From assembly GCA_045863295.1 (NCBI GenBank), contig BTWA01000003.1, positions 192,001-256,000 on the forward strand: DNA of 64,000 bases. The letters are read 5' to 3'. The position numbers were made by a program, and so were the translations under genes. The notes below the pieces were generated by a model. It was given only the letters and a program-made list of their open reading frames with translations, was not told where the DNA came from and searched no databases. The DNA comes from Candidatus Hydrogenedentota bacterium. GTDB taxonomy: Bacteria; Hydrogenedentota; Hydrogenedentia; Hydrogenedentales; SLHB01. Numbering within the stretch: position 1 is the stretch's first letter; each line of letters starts with the position of its first letter. Below, in pieces: positions 10,059 through 21,283 of the stretch.

Positions 10059-10648
10059 TGCCCCACAGCCCCGGACTCTCCGATTCGCTCGTCGTCATCA
10101 ACGGCCCGGAAGACGGCGCGGAATTCCCCGTGGTGCGCGCGCCGCTCGTTATCGGCGAGGATCCCCACTGCGACATCTGCGTCCGTCTCGATCGCGCCGT
10201 CGAAGAACGGCACGCCATGATCTCCGTTGTTTCCGAAGGCTACCGCGTGCGCAAGCTGGGCCGCACCCCCGTGTTCGTCAATGGCAAAAAGGCCGGGGCG
10301 CTTAAATCGCGCATTGCCCACAACGGCAGCACCATCCAGGTTGGCCACACGCTGTTCTCCGTCGAATGCGTGCCCGATGGCCTTGCCAACCGCAGCCGAG
10401 GTATGGTCGCCGAAAGCGATTTCGGCTGGGCCGTCCGCCAATCCGGCAGCGCCCTGATCTCGTTCGTCCGCGGCTTTTTCGATTTCCTCTTCCGCCTCTT
10501 CGGCCGCATGACCTCAAGCTGGCTCCTCATCGTAGCCATCCTGATCATCGTCATGGCCATCTCCCCCACCGTCCGCGCCTGGGCGGGCTACTTTATCCGC
10601 TACGCCTTGTACTACGCGAACCTGATCGTCAGCCGGGTGTTTTCGTAA
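10055..10648 (+). CDS. FHA-domain protein with C-terminal membrane anchor
   Basis: LVVINGPEDG..F....LVIG..., RHA, VFVNG, IQVG FHA pattern; hydrophobic WLLIVAILIIVMAI; ATGA overlap with the clp stop. Confidence 0.8.
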   Translation: MMPHSPGLSDSLVVINGPEDGAEFPVVRAPLVIGEDPHCDICVRLDRAVEERHAMISVVSEGYRVRKLGRTPVFVNGKKAGALKSRIAHNGSTIQVGHTLFSVECVPDGLANRSRGMVAESDFGWAVRQSGSALISFVRGFFDFLFRLFGRMTSSWLLIVAILIIVMAISPTVRAWAGYFIRYALYYANLIVSRVFS

Positions 10649-10872
10649 AACGGACTTATTGCCAACTCTGAATGCCGCTCGTCGCCTACGACAGGCATCT
10701 CGTCCGCCTATTTCGATTCGCTCCGATTGCCCACAGATCCACAGATTCAATCGAATCCTTTTGTGAAATATCCTCAGCGATTCAAGCCCAGACTTTTCTG
10801 CGTGAGCATCTTGCACCACGGAGACTGTACTTCAGTCTTCCACGCACGCTAAAAGCGCGATGTAAAATGCGG

Positions 10873-11027
10873 GTCATCCCCGCGAAGGCGGGGATCCATC
10901 TTCCAATGTCGCAAGTAGCTTTGCACTCACATGGATTCCCGCCTGCGCGGGAATGACGAGTTCGGTGCCCGCCTGCAAGGGAATGACGAATTCGGTGCCC
11001 GCCTGCGCGTGAATGACGGAATGCGTG
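10873..11027. repeat. REP-like hairpin family GTCATYCCCGCG..GCGGG.ATCCA: an inverted pair plus a 3x30-bp tandem expansion
   Basis: GTCATCCCCGCGAAGGCGGGGATCCA at 10873, inverted TGGATTCCCGCCTGCGCGGGAATGAC at about 10932, 30-bp units starting at 10938, 10968 and 10998. Confidence 0.8.
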
Positions 11028-11129
11028 TACCGCACCGCAAATTTCGCTATGATTCTCCTCTCTGAGTGTTGGGCCGGGTTGCGCTTGGCTCCAATGCCTG
11101 CATGCAACGGAAACAGGAGTCTTCGCATC

Positions 11130-12086
11130 GTGAAGTTTGTCTTGAAAGCCCTTGCCGTACTCCTCATCGTGGCCGCCATCTCGGCCGCGGCGGTGCTTTT
11201 TTATGCCGATTCGAAGTATCACGCCCTGCGGGCGGCCCGAGAGGCGTCGTTTTCCGAGGTGGCCGACGAGTCGGTGAGCATGGTGCTGGTGATGAAGCCC
11301 GCACTGGCGGAGGCGCTCATCCTCGAGAAGGCCTCGGCGCTGAGCGAAAACATCCGCCCCTGGATGATCAATTTTGCGTTGCCTTACGAGGCGGCCCTGC
11401 TTATGCGGCCGGACCTTGCCAACAAGCGCCTTGACACCACAATGTTTCTCAATGAAAGGCGGTTCGGGCCGATGATTGTGCAGCAGGCCAACGCCTACGG
11501 CATGGGCGCCGTGATGCCGCAAGTGCAATGGGCGCCGGACGGATTCGTGCAAAAAGAACGGGGCGTCATTACCGTCGACGGAAGCTTGCCGATCAATCCA
11601 GCCATCGCCGCCTTGGCCGAACAGAAATGGGGCATCGTGACGCCGGCGGGCTATCCCGAACCGGAAGGCGGCCACCTGGCCGAACTTATCGTGGACAACC
11701 GCAACGGCGGCCTGTTCCTTCTGCTGGGTACACTGCAATCCAGCGGCATCGTGTCCATGAATCTGCCGCCGGACGAACTGGCAACGAATCTATTGCCCGT
11801 GGGCATCTTCCGGCTGAACGCGGATTTGGTGTCGCCTGAGGTGGCCAATATCACACTGCGCATCGAAGCCGCCATCAACGCCACGGAAGGCGAGTTTGGA
11901 GCATTCGACTTCACACTGAGCCTGCTCTACGGCGCGCTGGCCAAGGGCCTGCGCGACAACGGCGGCATCGAGTTGGAAGGATCGAAGAAGCGCGAAGGCA
12001 CGGTCATCACCGGGCAATATACGTTGACCGGCGTAAGCAAATTGTTCGAGCCGCCGCAACCACAAGGCATGGCCAGGCCGAATTGA
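11130..12086 (+). CDS. Hypothetical protein with N-terminal membrane anchor
   Basis: GTG start after CAGGAG; hydrophobic LAVLLIVAAISAAAVLFY; coding-like codon usage. Confidence 0.7.
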   Translation: MKFVLKALAVLLIVAAISAAAVLFYADSKYHALRAAREASFSEVADESVSMVLVMKPALAEALILEKASALSENIRPWMINFALPYEAALLMRPDLANKRLDTTMFLNERRFGPMIVQQANAYGMGAVMPQVQWAPDGFVQKERGVITVDGSLPINPAIAALAEQKWGIVTPAGYPEPEGGHLAELIVDNRNGGLFLLLGTLQSSGIVSMNLPPDELATNLLPVGIFRLNADLVSPEVANITLRIEAAINATEGEFGAFDFTLSLLYGALAKGLRDNGGIELEGSKKREGTVITGQYTLTGVSKLFEPPQPQGMARPN

Positions 12087-12164
12087 TCGCGCAAACGCCG
12101 GCCGCGCGCCGCAGGGGGACCCGGAGCCGCAACGCGCTCCGGCGGAAGAAACGGGGGAACTGCA

Positions 12165-13595
12165 ATGTCAACGAATTCCGCGGTAGCCAATTCCAAGCCA
12201 GTGTCCGCATGGCAACCCATACTCTTTTCCGCGTTGGCCGGCGGCATGGCCTGGGGCATACGCGGACAATACGGCCATGAAACCGGGGCGATGCTGGCGG
12301 GCCTCCTGGTGAGCCTCGTGGTGTCGGTGTTCCTGTGCCCCAACGCGGGTTCGCTGTCCGTGGCGCGCGCCGTGGCCATGGGCACTATCGCGATGGGATT
12401 CGGCGGCACCATGACCTACGGCCAGACCCTCGGCCTCACGCAAAACCCGGAGGTCATCGGCAATGGGGCCGCGCTGTGTTGGGGCTTGATTGGCTGCGCA
12501 ATCAAGGGCGGCATCTGGATCGCCTTCGCGGGCGCCTTTCTCGGCATGGGGCTGAGCGGCGTGCGCTACCGGTCACGCGATCTGCTGTTTCTCATGCTCG
12601 CGGCGCTCGGCGCCTATTACATCGGGTTTGAAGTGCTTAACCAGCCCTTCAACCCGCGCCGGCACGAACTCCCATGGCTCTATTTCTCCTCCACGTGGGA
12701 ACTGTATCCCAACAAGGATCCGGAACCGCGCATGGAATATTGGGGCGGACTGCTGTTCGCCTTGGCCACGGTATTGATTTACGCAGGCTGGCATCGCAAG
12801 GACCGGCTGGCCCTGTGCCTGGGCCTGTGGGGACTCCTGGGCGGCGCAATCGGCTTTCCGCTGGGCCAATGTCTGCAAGCCTACCACGCCTGGAATCCCG
12901 AAGTATTTCAACAGGGCATCTGGGTGAATCTCGACCCTCACATGAACTGGTGGAACTGGATGGAAACCACGTTCGGCTTTACCATGGGCGCAACACTCGG
13001 ACTCGGCGCATGGATCCATCGCGCGCGTATCAAACCGGAAGACGGCGGCGAATACCTTCCCCTGCCCGTGGAATGGATCCTAGTGGCCGCGCACGTGTCG
13101 CTGCTGGTCGGCGCCGAATTCCTGCCTTGGCGCAAAGTGGCGACCCTGTACGACCTCGGCCTCATTCTCGGAACCCTCCCGTTGATGGCCGTCGCGGGTG
13201 GACGCTGGTGGCCGTTCCTGATGGCCTTGCCGATCACACTGATCCCGTACTCTGGCAAAACGCTGCTCGAACTTTCCTACGAAAAAGCAGAGGTGAATCC
13301 CACGACCGGATGGATCCTGTACGTGACCATCCCCATTTTCATCGCTACGGCAGCCGCCTTCTGGTTCGCGACCCGGGCCAACAGCAAACCCGCTGCCATC
13401 ACCTTCGCCGCACCGGCGCTGTTGCTTTGCACCTGGACCTACTTTCTCCTGAACTGGTTCTACTTCCGTTTCCCCTGGCCTTGGGCCGAATGGAGCAACC
13501 GCACGCCCAACGGCATGTTCTTCACGGTGTGCGCCATCGGGTTAACTGTCCTGGCCATTGCGAAATGGCCCAGAAAACAGACCGTTACCCTGTGA
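12165..13595 (+). CDS. Polytopic membrane protein of unknown function
   Basis: More than 10 hydrophobic segments; conserved-looking WGIRGQYGHETGA, FGGTMTYGQ, NWWNWMETTFG. Confidence 0.8.
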   Translation: MSTNSAVANSKPVSAWQPILFSALAGGMAWGIRGQYGHETGAMLAGLLVSLVVSVFLCPNAGSLSVARAVAMGTIAMGFGGTMTYGQTLGLTQNPEVIGNGAALCWGLIGCAIKGGIWIAFAGAFLGMGLSGVRYRSRDLLFLMLAALGAYYIGFEVLNQPFNPRRHELPWLYFSSTWELYPNKDPEPRMEYWGGLLFALATVLIYAGWHRKDRLALCLGLWGLLGGAIGFPLGQCLQAYHAWNPEVFQQGIWVNLDPHMNWWNWMETTFGFTMGATLGLGAWIHRARIKPEDGGEYLPLPVEWILVAAHVSLLVGAEFLPWRKVATLYDLGLILGTLPLMAVAGGRWWPFLMALPITLIPYSGKTLLELSYEKAEVNPTTGWILYVTIPIFIATAAAFWFATRANSKPAAITFAAPALLLCTWTYFLLNWFYFRFPWPWAEWSNRTPNGMFFTVCAIGLTVLAIAKWPRKQTVTL

Positions 13596-14018
13596 GCAGT
13601 CTTTGGCTTCGAAGGCAAAATGCTGTGGGTGTCTTCATCTATTTGTGTCAGCGTGTTGCACCGACGGAAAAAAACAAAACAAGGGTTATTTAGGGTTAAA
13701 TTTGTTTTAATCGAAGTATCTGCGGTATTTTTGGGATAGTCTCTATAAACATCGAATTCGGCAAACGAATACCCAGTCTACTATTGAAATTCACCAGTAG
13801 TCACGCAAACCAGAAATGCCGCTTTCATTGAAACATCTTTTGAATCCCAAATTCGGGGACCTCAGTACGAAACGCTATTGACTTAATGGCGGCTCTTCCG
13901 TGTGGCCGTGGTTGAATCGGACCATGTTGCGTTCTGGGTAGGGGTGAGGGCCAAAATTGGCCGCGGGTTCGTCGCACGGCTCTCATGCCTTTTCAAGGTT
14001 TTGCTGGAGGACGGCAAC

Positions 14019-14444
14019 GTGAATCGTAAACATCTACTTGTGCTGCTGTTCGTCGCATGCATTCCGCTTGTGGTCAAGAACATGGCCGACGAGATGTATA
14101 TGCTAAGCATTCAAGGCGCACTAGTCTTCAGCGCCATCTGGCTCCTGTTGCCTTTCCTTTTTCTACTTGAGGCCAGGTGGACCAAGAAAGACCATGTGTT
14201 CATCGCTAATACGGTCTACCTACTTATCAGCCTTCTGTTTTTCGCACTCTATGCCTTCAACGGATCGACATTCGACGGGACGAACGAAGGCGGGCAACAT
14301 ATGCACGTCATAATGTTTCCCATCTACCAAGTCGTCATCGCCATTTTGGTACGAGCCACGTTTACCCTCGCACATCTGGTCAGCTACGCGGTCAATCGCA
14401 AGAAGAAGGCACCGGCAGAGACTCTCACAGATACTGCCACTTGA
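14019..14444 (+). CDS. Small membrane protein (about 4 TM)
   Basis: GTG after GGAGG; four hydrophobic stretches. Confidence 0.6.
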   Translation: MNRKHLLVLLFVACIPLVVKNMADEMYMLSIQGALVFSAIWLLLPFLFLLEARWTKKDHVFIANTVYLLISLLFFALYAFNGSTFDGTNEGGQHMHVIMFPIYQVVIAILVRATFTLAHLVSYAVNRKKKAPAETLTDTAT

Positions 14445-14532
14445 CCTATTGCAGCGGACAGCATACAACCTTGTACGCGATGGATATTCATGAGACTGTT
14501 CGGTTGTGGCGCGCGACCTTTAGGAACTGGAT

Positions 14533-14760
14533 ATGCCCAAGACACACACAACGAAATACGATGTGGCGGAACATCTGCTCTGTATTGGAAAAGCTGGGCT
14601 TCACGTCAAGACCGCTAAAGGCGACCAGCCATCGACGATTTGTTCATGCCGAAGAACAACGGTACCTGTGCACCAAGGGCAAGATATTGGACGCGGCCTG
14701 TTGCGCAAAATCCTTCGTGAAATCGAGATCACCCCGGAAGAGTTTGCCCGCCTACTTTAA
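14533..14760 (+). pseudogene. Frameshifted HicA toxin remnant joined to an addiction-module antidote N-terminal fragment
   Basis: One frame gives VLEKLGF..SHRRFVHA and another gives RTTVPVHQGQDIGRGLLRKILREIEITPEEF (HicA halves). The start MPKTHTTKYDVAEHL resembles antidote protein N-termini. Confidence 0.65.
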
Positions 14761-14789
14761 TCTGAAGGTAATCGTTATCAATCCTCACC

Positions 14790-15263
14790 CTACCTCGGCG
14801 GTTCTTCCGTGTGGTCGTGGTTGAAGCGGACCATGATGCGTTCGGGGTAGGGATGGTCGCCCCAGCCAAACTGGCGGTAGAGGCTGTGGGAGTCGCGGGT
14901 GGTGAGGTGGAATTGTTTTACGTCCGCGCAATCGGGATGTTCGATCACGCATTGCACGAGGAATTTCCCGACGCCCTTGTTGCGGTGTTCGGGCGCGACG
15001 AACACGTCGGCCAGCCAGGCAAAGCTGACGCCGTCGGTGAGCACGCGCGCGAAGCCAATCAACTCGCCGTTCTTGGACGTGTCATATACGCCGAAATGCA
15101 CGTCGGACCATTCCCAGGCCTTGCGAATCATTTCCGGCGTGCGGTCCTTCGCCCAGTACGTTGTTTTCAAATTCGCGATAACGCGATCCATGTCGATGCG
15201 TTCGCTGTCGGTATCGACCTCGTATTGATTCCATTGCCAATGCATCGGCAAGTCTGGTTCCAT
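14790..15263 (-). CDS. GNAT family N-acetyltransferase
   Basis: IGFARVLTD..FAWLADVFVAPEHRNKGVGK, LYRQFGW. Confidence 0.9.
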   Translation of the reverse strand: MEPDLPMHWQWNQYEVDTDSERIDMDRVIANLKTTYWAKDRTPEMIRKAWEWSDVHFGVYDTSKNGELIGFARVLTDGVSFAWLADVFVAPEHRNKGVGKFLVQCVIEHPDCADVKQFHLTTRDSHSLYRQFGWGDHPYPERIMVRFNHDHTEEPPR

Positions 15264-15320
15264 TCCCACCTCACTCGCAACCGTCGTTCGTTCTATCTCA
15301 AGCGTGCAGACATTCATCGT

Positions 15321-15411
15321 GTTTCGCCCTTTCAGGGCTGAAGAGGTTTGTAAGAACCGCTTCTACCCAGGGCGTTGCCCTGGGCTGGTATGTTTCGGCC
15401 TTTCAGGCCTG
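15321..15411 (+). repeat. REP-like three-hairpin element (GCCCTTTCAGGGC / CCCAGGGCGTTGCCCTGGG / GGCCTTTCAGGCC)
   Basis: A copy with near-identical hairpins is at 33263-33348 and a variant at 43445-43563. Confidence 0.8.
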
Positions 15412-15573
15412 AATACAAGATCGATTCATTCGACGGCGCCGCTCGATAGTCATCCAGTTTCACAGCGTCGTGCAAGCAAAACGCCTCTCCTACGGAAGCG
15501 AAGTTTACTGCAAGGCCTTTCAAAAAACGGTTGGACAAGCCTGGCGCCAAACCTGGATGTCCAAGCCCATGGG

Positions 15574-17310
<1,737 letters not shown>

Positions 17311-17495
17311 TCCCAAAAAGCTCCCACGAATTAGGTACGGGGTCAGTCTGTAACGGGCGCCATACCCAGCCCCCCGCATGCAATCACCCGGGAGTATACC
17401 CGTCAATGGATGAAAAACTAAAGACCTGAGCCGAGGGTGGGTTCGGTTACTGGCCGGTGATACTATGTGGGCAATGTATGCGCACCCGTTGGAAT

Positions 17496-17948
17496 TCATT
17501 CGTCTTTCTGAAAGGCCCGCAGCCGGTCAACATCCAACAAGTCCACGGGGCGGCCACTGGCAAGTTTCGACGAAATCAGGCCTTCACGGCTAATGTAATG
17601 GGCCGGAACACCGGCAAAAACATCCAACTCCCGTCGCTGCCACGCCGCATCGAAATCCAATCCAGGCAACGCCAGCAATATGTTCACACGAAATGGTTCT
17701 CGTCCCATCTGATAAACGTAATCGCCTGCCCTGAAGTCCGCTTGCGTTAGTCCTGTCAACGGCGCGCCAAAGTCGCGAAGCGCTTGATATACCGACTCGG
17801 AACCCGCAACGTCGCCTGCCACCCAAAGGTCCACATCTTTGGTATATCGCGGTTCCGAGTAACGCATGACGGCGTGACCCCCGACGATTAGATACCGGAC
17901 TTCATATTTTGCGAAATGATGCAAGAGTTCGATCAAGTCGGAATTCAC
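17496..17948 (-). CDS. Nucleotidyltransferase-fold protein (DUF6036-like), probable TA-type module
   Basis: YLIVGGHAV...[11 protein letters not shown]...[14 protein letters not shown]. Confidence 0.75.
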   Translation of the reverse strand: MNSDLIELLHHFAKYEVRYLIVGGHAVMRYSEPRYTKDVDLWVAGDVAGSESVYQALRDFGAPLTGLTQADFRAGDYVYQMGREPFRVNILLALPGLDFDAAWQRRELDVFAGVPAHYISREGLISSKLASGRPVDLLDVDRLRAFQKDE

Positions 17949-18114
17949 CGGTGTTTCCCTTATGGTAAAATTCGTAGTCTTTGACCATTTGCAGCGCAGC
18001 AAGCATTATTGCGTTGGTGCCTTGCGCTTGCCAGAACTCCACGTCGAAACTGCGATCTGCATCGCCAATCTTGCGATAGGCTTCCCAGATCGGCGCTTTG
18101 TCTCTTTGCTCCAT
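17902..18114 (-). CDS. Small partner protein overlapping the nucleotidyltransferase start
   Basis: 70 aa, DRSFDVEFWQAQG...RLDRT; its 3' end overlaps the GTG of the next gene. Confidence 0.6.
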   Translation of the reverse strand: MEQRDKAPIWEAYRKIGDADRSFDVEFWQAQGTNAIMLAALQMVKDYEFYHKGNTGEFRLDRTLASFRKI

Positions 18115-18264
18115 TGCATATTTCCTGACAAGTCCGGTCTAAGCTATTGTCCCGGAGTCAACTTAATCCATGCCGTAGCCGATTGTGCACATGGTACCAT
18201 ATACGGCATATTCTGCCTTGACTACATTGCACCCATGGCCGACCCTCATAAGGATACCAAGACC

Positions 18265-19686
18265 ATGTTAATGTGGCGCACTGCTTGCTGCATGGCCGCT
18301 ATCACTGGCCATATGTTGCTGACACCGTTGCTGTATGCCCAAGACACTGCCTACCGCGTCTCGGCGGCCAAGGGACCCTACTTTCTGATCGATTCCCGGG
18401 TTGTCGAAGACCGGTGGATGATTGATCGATTTGTCGTTCCGCTGAAGCGTCACTCGGCCGATCCGTTGATCGTGAAGACCGGCGAATGGGAAGGATCCGG
18501 CCCGCACATGGGAGGCTCTGTCCTTTACGATGCGGAGGCCAGACTCTTTCGCTTATGGTATACCGTGTTCAGTCGCCACAATTACGACAACAAACTCCCG
18601 TTTTCGTACAACGTGTGTTACGCGGAATCAGACGATGGCTACACGTGGCGAAAACCCGCGCTGGGGGTGTTCAAGCACGAGGCCGATCCCGCCAACAACT
18701 ACATCAATCTCGGCACGGACAAGACGCAGAACATCGACGTCATGCTGAACCCAATCCCCGGCCGGTATCCCGGAAAGTTCATCGCCCTGCACAATCAAAA
18801 AGGCGGCCTGTTCGTCTCGCATTCCGACGACGGTAAGTCGTTTGTTTTCGATCTGGACGCGCCCGCTCTCTCGTATCACAGCGACACCCACAACAACCTC
18901 GTGTATGACGAGGGTCGCGATAACTGGTTCCTGTTCTGCCGTCCCCGCGCCTACGCAGGCGATCACAAGCGCCGTGTTTCGCTGCAACAAAGCTCTGACC
19001 TCAAATCATGGACGCATGATCGCGTGATTCTTATCCCGTCGGAAGACGAACGCCCCGAGTATTACGGCATGACAGTATTCCGGCAGAATGACCTCTTCTT
19101 TGGCATGCGCCAAAGTTACGATCGAGCGGATCAACTCCTCTATCCTGAACTTGTTTGGAGCGGCGACGGCGTCCATTGGGAAAGCTTGCCCGATCACGGA
19201 AAGTTTCTGGATTTCGGCCCGCCCGGCGCATGGGATGCCGGCATGATCTTGCTTGCGGAAAGTCCCGTGCCCGTGGGTGACGAACTTCGCTTCTATTACG
19301 GCGGCTTTGCCAAGCCCCACAACGAAGCCGATAACCCTTGTGGCATCGGGCTTGCCACGGCGGAACGCGATCGCCTCGCCGGAGTGCGCCCCTCCGGCGA
19401 CGAACCCGGATATGTGTTGACACGGCCGTTCATCGTGACCGCGCAGGATACCGTGCGCCTCAATGCTATAGTCGGCGAGGAGGGCTCCATCCTCGCGGAG
19501 TTGCGAACCGACCACAACAAGCCTATCGAAGGCTATTCGCTCGCGGATTGCGACACCGTCGAATCGTCGGGCTTTGCAGTGCCGCTCACATGGAAAGGGA
19601 AAACGCTGGACACACTCGAGGGACAGGAGGTCCGCATTCGCTTCGAGCTGCGCCGTGCATCGCTCTTCACGTACGCGTTGAAATAG
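18265..19686 (+). CDS. Secreted five-bladed beta-propeller glycoside hydrolase-like protein (GH32/GH43/GH130-like)
   Basis: Signal-like N-terminus; Asp-box motifs SDDGYTW, SDDGKSF, SSDLKSW, SGDGVHW; ELRFYYGG. Confidence 0.7.
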   Translation: MLMWRTACCMAAITGHMLLTPLLYAQDTAYRVSAAKGPYFLIDSRVVEDRWMIDRFVVPLKRHSADPLIVKTGEWEGSGPHMGGSVLYDAEARLFRLWYTVFSRHNYDNKLPFSYNVCYAESDDGYTWRKPALGVFKHEADPANNYINLGTDKTQNIDVMLNPIPGRYPGKFIALHNQKGGLFVSHSDDGKSFVFDLDAPALSYHSDTHNNLVYDEGRDNWFLFCRPRAYAGDHKRRVSLQQSSDLKSWTHDRVILIPSEDERPEYYGMTVFRQNDLFFGMRQSYDRADQLLYPELVWSGDGVHWESLPDHGKFLDFGPPGAWDAGMILLAESPVPVGDELRFYYGGFAKPHNEADNPCGIGLATAERDRLAGVRPSGDEPGYVLTRPFIVTAQDTVRLNAIVGEEGSILAELRTDHNKPIEGYSLADCDTVESSGFAVPLTWKGKTLDTLEGQEVRIRFELRRASLFTYALK

Positions 19687-19697
19687 GTCGTTAATGC

Positions 19698-19730
19698 AAA
19701 ACAGGCCACCGGAGTTCCGGTGGCCTGTTC
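19698..19730. terminator. Terminator between convergent genes
   Basis: AAAACAGGCCACCGGA-GT-TCCGGTGGCCTGTT. Confidence 0.75.
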
Positions 19731-19745
19731 AAATCCACATGTACC

Positions 19746-20312
19746 TTACGCGCTTGGCTCTTCTTTTTTGGCAGGCTTGTACTTTTCAATGGCTTCGTCC
19801 AGACCGGTCATCGGATGACCGTGCCAGACGATTGACCCTTCGTGATCCACAATGAAGGCATGCGGTATCCCGCCCTGCCCGAATGCCTTCATGTAATTCG
19901 CCGTCGACTTGCCGTCCTTGTCATATGCCACGGCATAGGACATGCCATCGCCTTGCTGCTTTACATAGTCCTTCACCGTCGCCGCATCTTCGTCGAGCGA
20001 AATACCGATGATCTTCACTCCTTGGTCCTTGTACTTGTCATACAACTCGTCCAAGTGGGGAATGCTCGCCCGGCACGGCCCGCACCACGTCGCCCAAAAC
20101 TCAACCACGGTAATATATTTGCCCTCGGATTTGGTCGGGCAGAAGGCATCGCCCTGCACCCATTCCATCTCGCCAAACGGCTTTGCCTTGTCGCCCAGCT
20201 TGGCCTTCTCGACCTTGCCTTCTTCTTGAGCCGACACCGCAGACACAATGCCCGCAATCGACAACACGCCGCCCAACGCAATTAGAATCAATCGCTTATG
20301 CATCTTGTTCAT
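19746..20312 (-). CDS. TlpA/ResA-like thiol-disulfide oxidoreductase, exported
   Basis: EFWATWCGPC, GIPH, signal peptide. Confidence 0.92.
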   Translation of the reverse strand: MNKMHKRLILIALGGVLSIAGIVSAVSAQEEGKVEKAKLGDKAKPFGEMEWVQGDAFCPTKSEGKYITVVEFWATWCGPCRASIPHLDELYDKYKDQGVKIIGISLDEDAATVKDYVKQQGDGMSYAVAYDKDGKSTANYMKAFGQGGIPHAFIVDHEGSIVWHGHPMTGLDEAIEKYKPAKKEEPSA

Positions 20313-20524
20313 GGGGTATTCCTTTTGGGTAAACGATAAGCCCGCGTCGAAAGTAACACGGCCGGCGATCCGGAAAGTCCCGGCCGCGACTCAAAATAGG
20401 ACACGCCAACACCTTCACACACACAGTTATATTCAGCAACGTCTCGCAAAATGTCAACAGAGGTTGTCTCTGGTATGATGTGCCTCGTTCAGTCAGCGAT
20501 TCCGTACGAAAGGGGGAACAGAGT

Positions 20525-21280
20525 ATGCGCTGGATTCCGGTCTGTGTCATGGCATGGCTGCTGGGACAACCTTCACAACCGGCGGATCTGTCAATACTCG
20601 ATCAGGCAGACCCCGGCAAGATCCGCGTGTTGATTATCACCGGCGGTCACGACTTCGAACGCGACGCATTTTTCGACATGTTCAATGCAAACGAGGAAAT
20701 CGTCTGGGTCGAAGCCATACACCCGGAAGCCAACGTGCTCTATACCCCGGAGGCCTCGGCCCGCTTTGACGTCATTGTGCTCTACGACATGGTGCAGGCA
20801 ATTGGCGACGAACAAAAAGCGAACCTGGTCCGGTTGCTCAAAGACGACGGAAAGGGCCTGGTGGCATTGCATCATTCCATCGCAAACTACCAGGACTGGC
20901 CCGAATACGCTGCTATCGTGGGCGGCCGCTACTTCCTGGAAGATCGAACCGTCGATGGCGTCGCCTACAAGAAGTCCACGTGGGATCACGATCAACATTT
21001 CCGCGTCACCGTCGCGGATCCCGCGCACCCCATTGCCAAAGGCGTTTCCGATTTCGACATCGAGGACGAAACCTACAACCTCTTCTTCCCTGTACCCGAA
21101 GCCACACCGCTGCTCACGGTTGATCACCCGTTGAGCGCGAAGGTCATCGGTTGGACCCATACCTACGGCAAAGCCCGTTGCGCCTACATCCAACTCGGCC
21201 ATGGGCCCACCGCATACGCGAACCCCAATTTTCGCGCGCTCGTCGGCAACGCCATACGCTGGGCAAGCGCAAAAGACTAG
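20525..21280 (+). CDS. ThuA-like (trehalose utilization) domain protein
   Basis: VLIITGGH, GKGLVALH, HPIAKG..FDIEDETY, QLGH. Confidence 0.85.
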   Translation: MRWIPVCVMAWLLGQPSQPADLSILDQADPGKIRVLIITGGHDFERDAFFDMFNANEEIVWVEAIHPEANVLYTPEASARFDVIVLYDMVQAIGDEQKANLVRLLKDDGKGLVALHHSIANYQDWPEYAAIVGGRYFLEDRTVDGVAYKKSTWDHDQHFRVTVADPAHPIAKGVSDFDIEDETYNLFFPVPEATPLLTVDHPLSAKVIGWTHTYGKARCAYIQLGHGPTAYANPNFRALVGNAIRWASAKD

Positions 21281-21283
21281 CCG

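Noticed and set aside
7704..10648. Type VI secretion locus (ClpV plus Fha)
   Set aside because: No sheath, Hcp, VgrG or baseplate genes in the window
10938..11027. Mini-CRISPR
   Set aside because: The 30-bp units are directly adjacent with no spacers and derive from a REP hairpin
17311..17495. Attenuator or T-box upstream of ilvD
   Set aside because: No Ile/Leu/Val-rich leader peptide, terminator or T-box motif found
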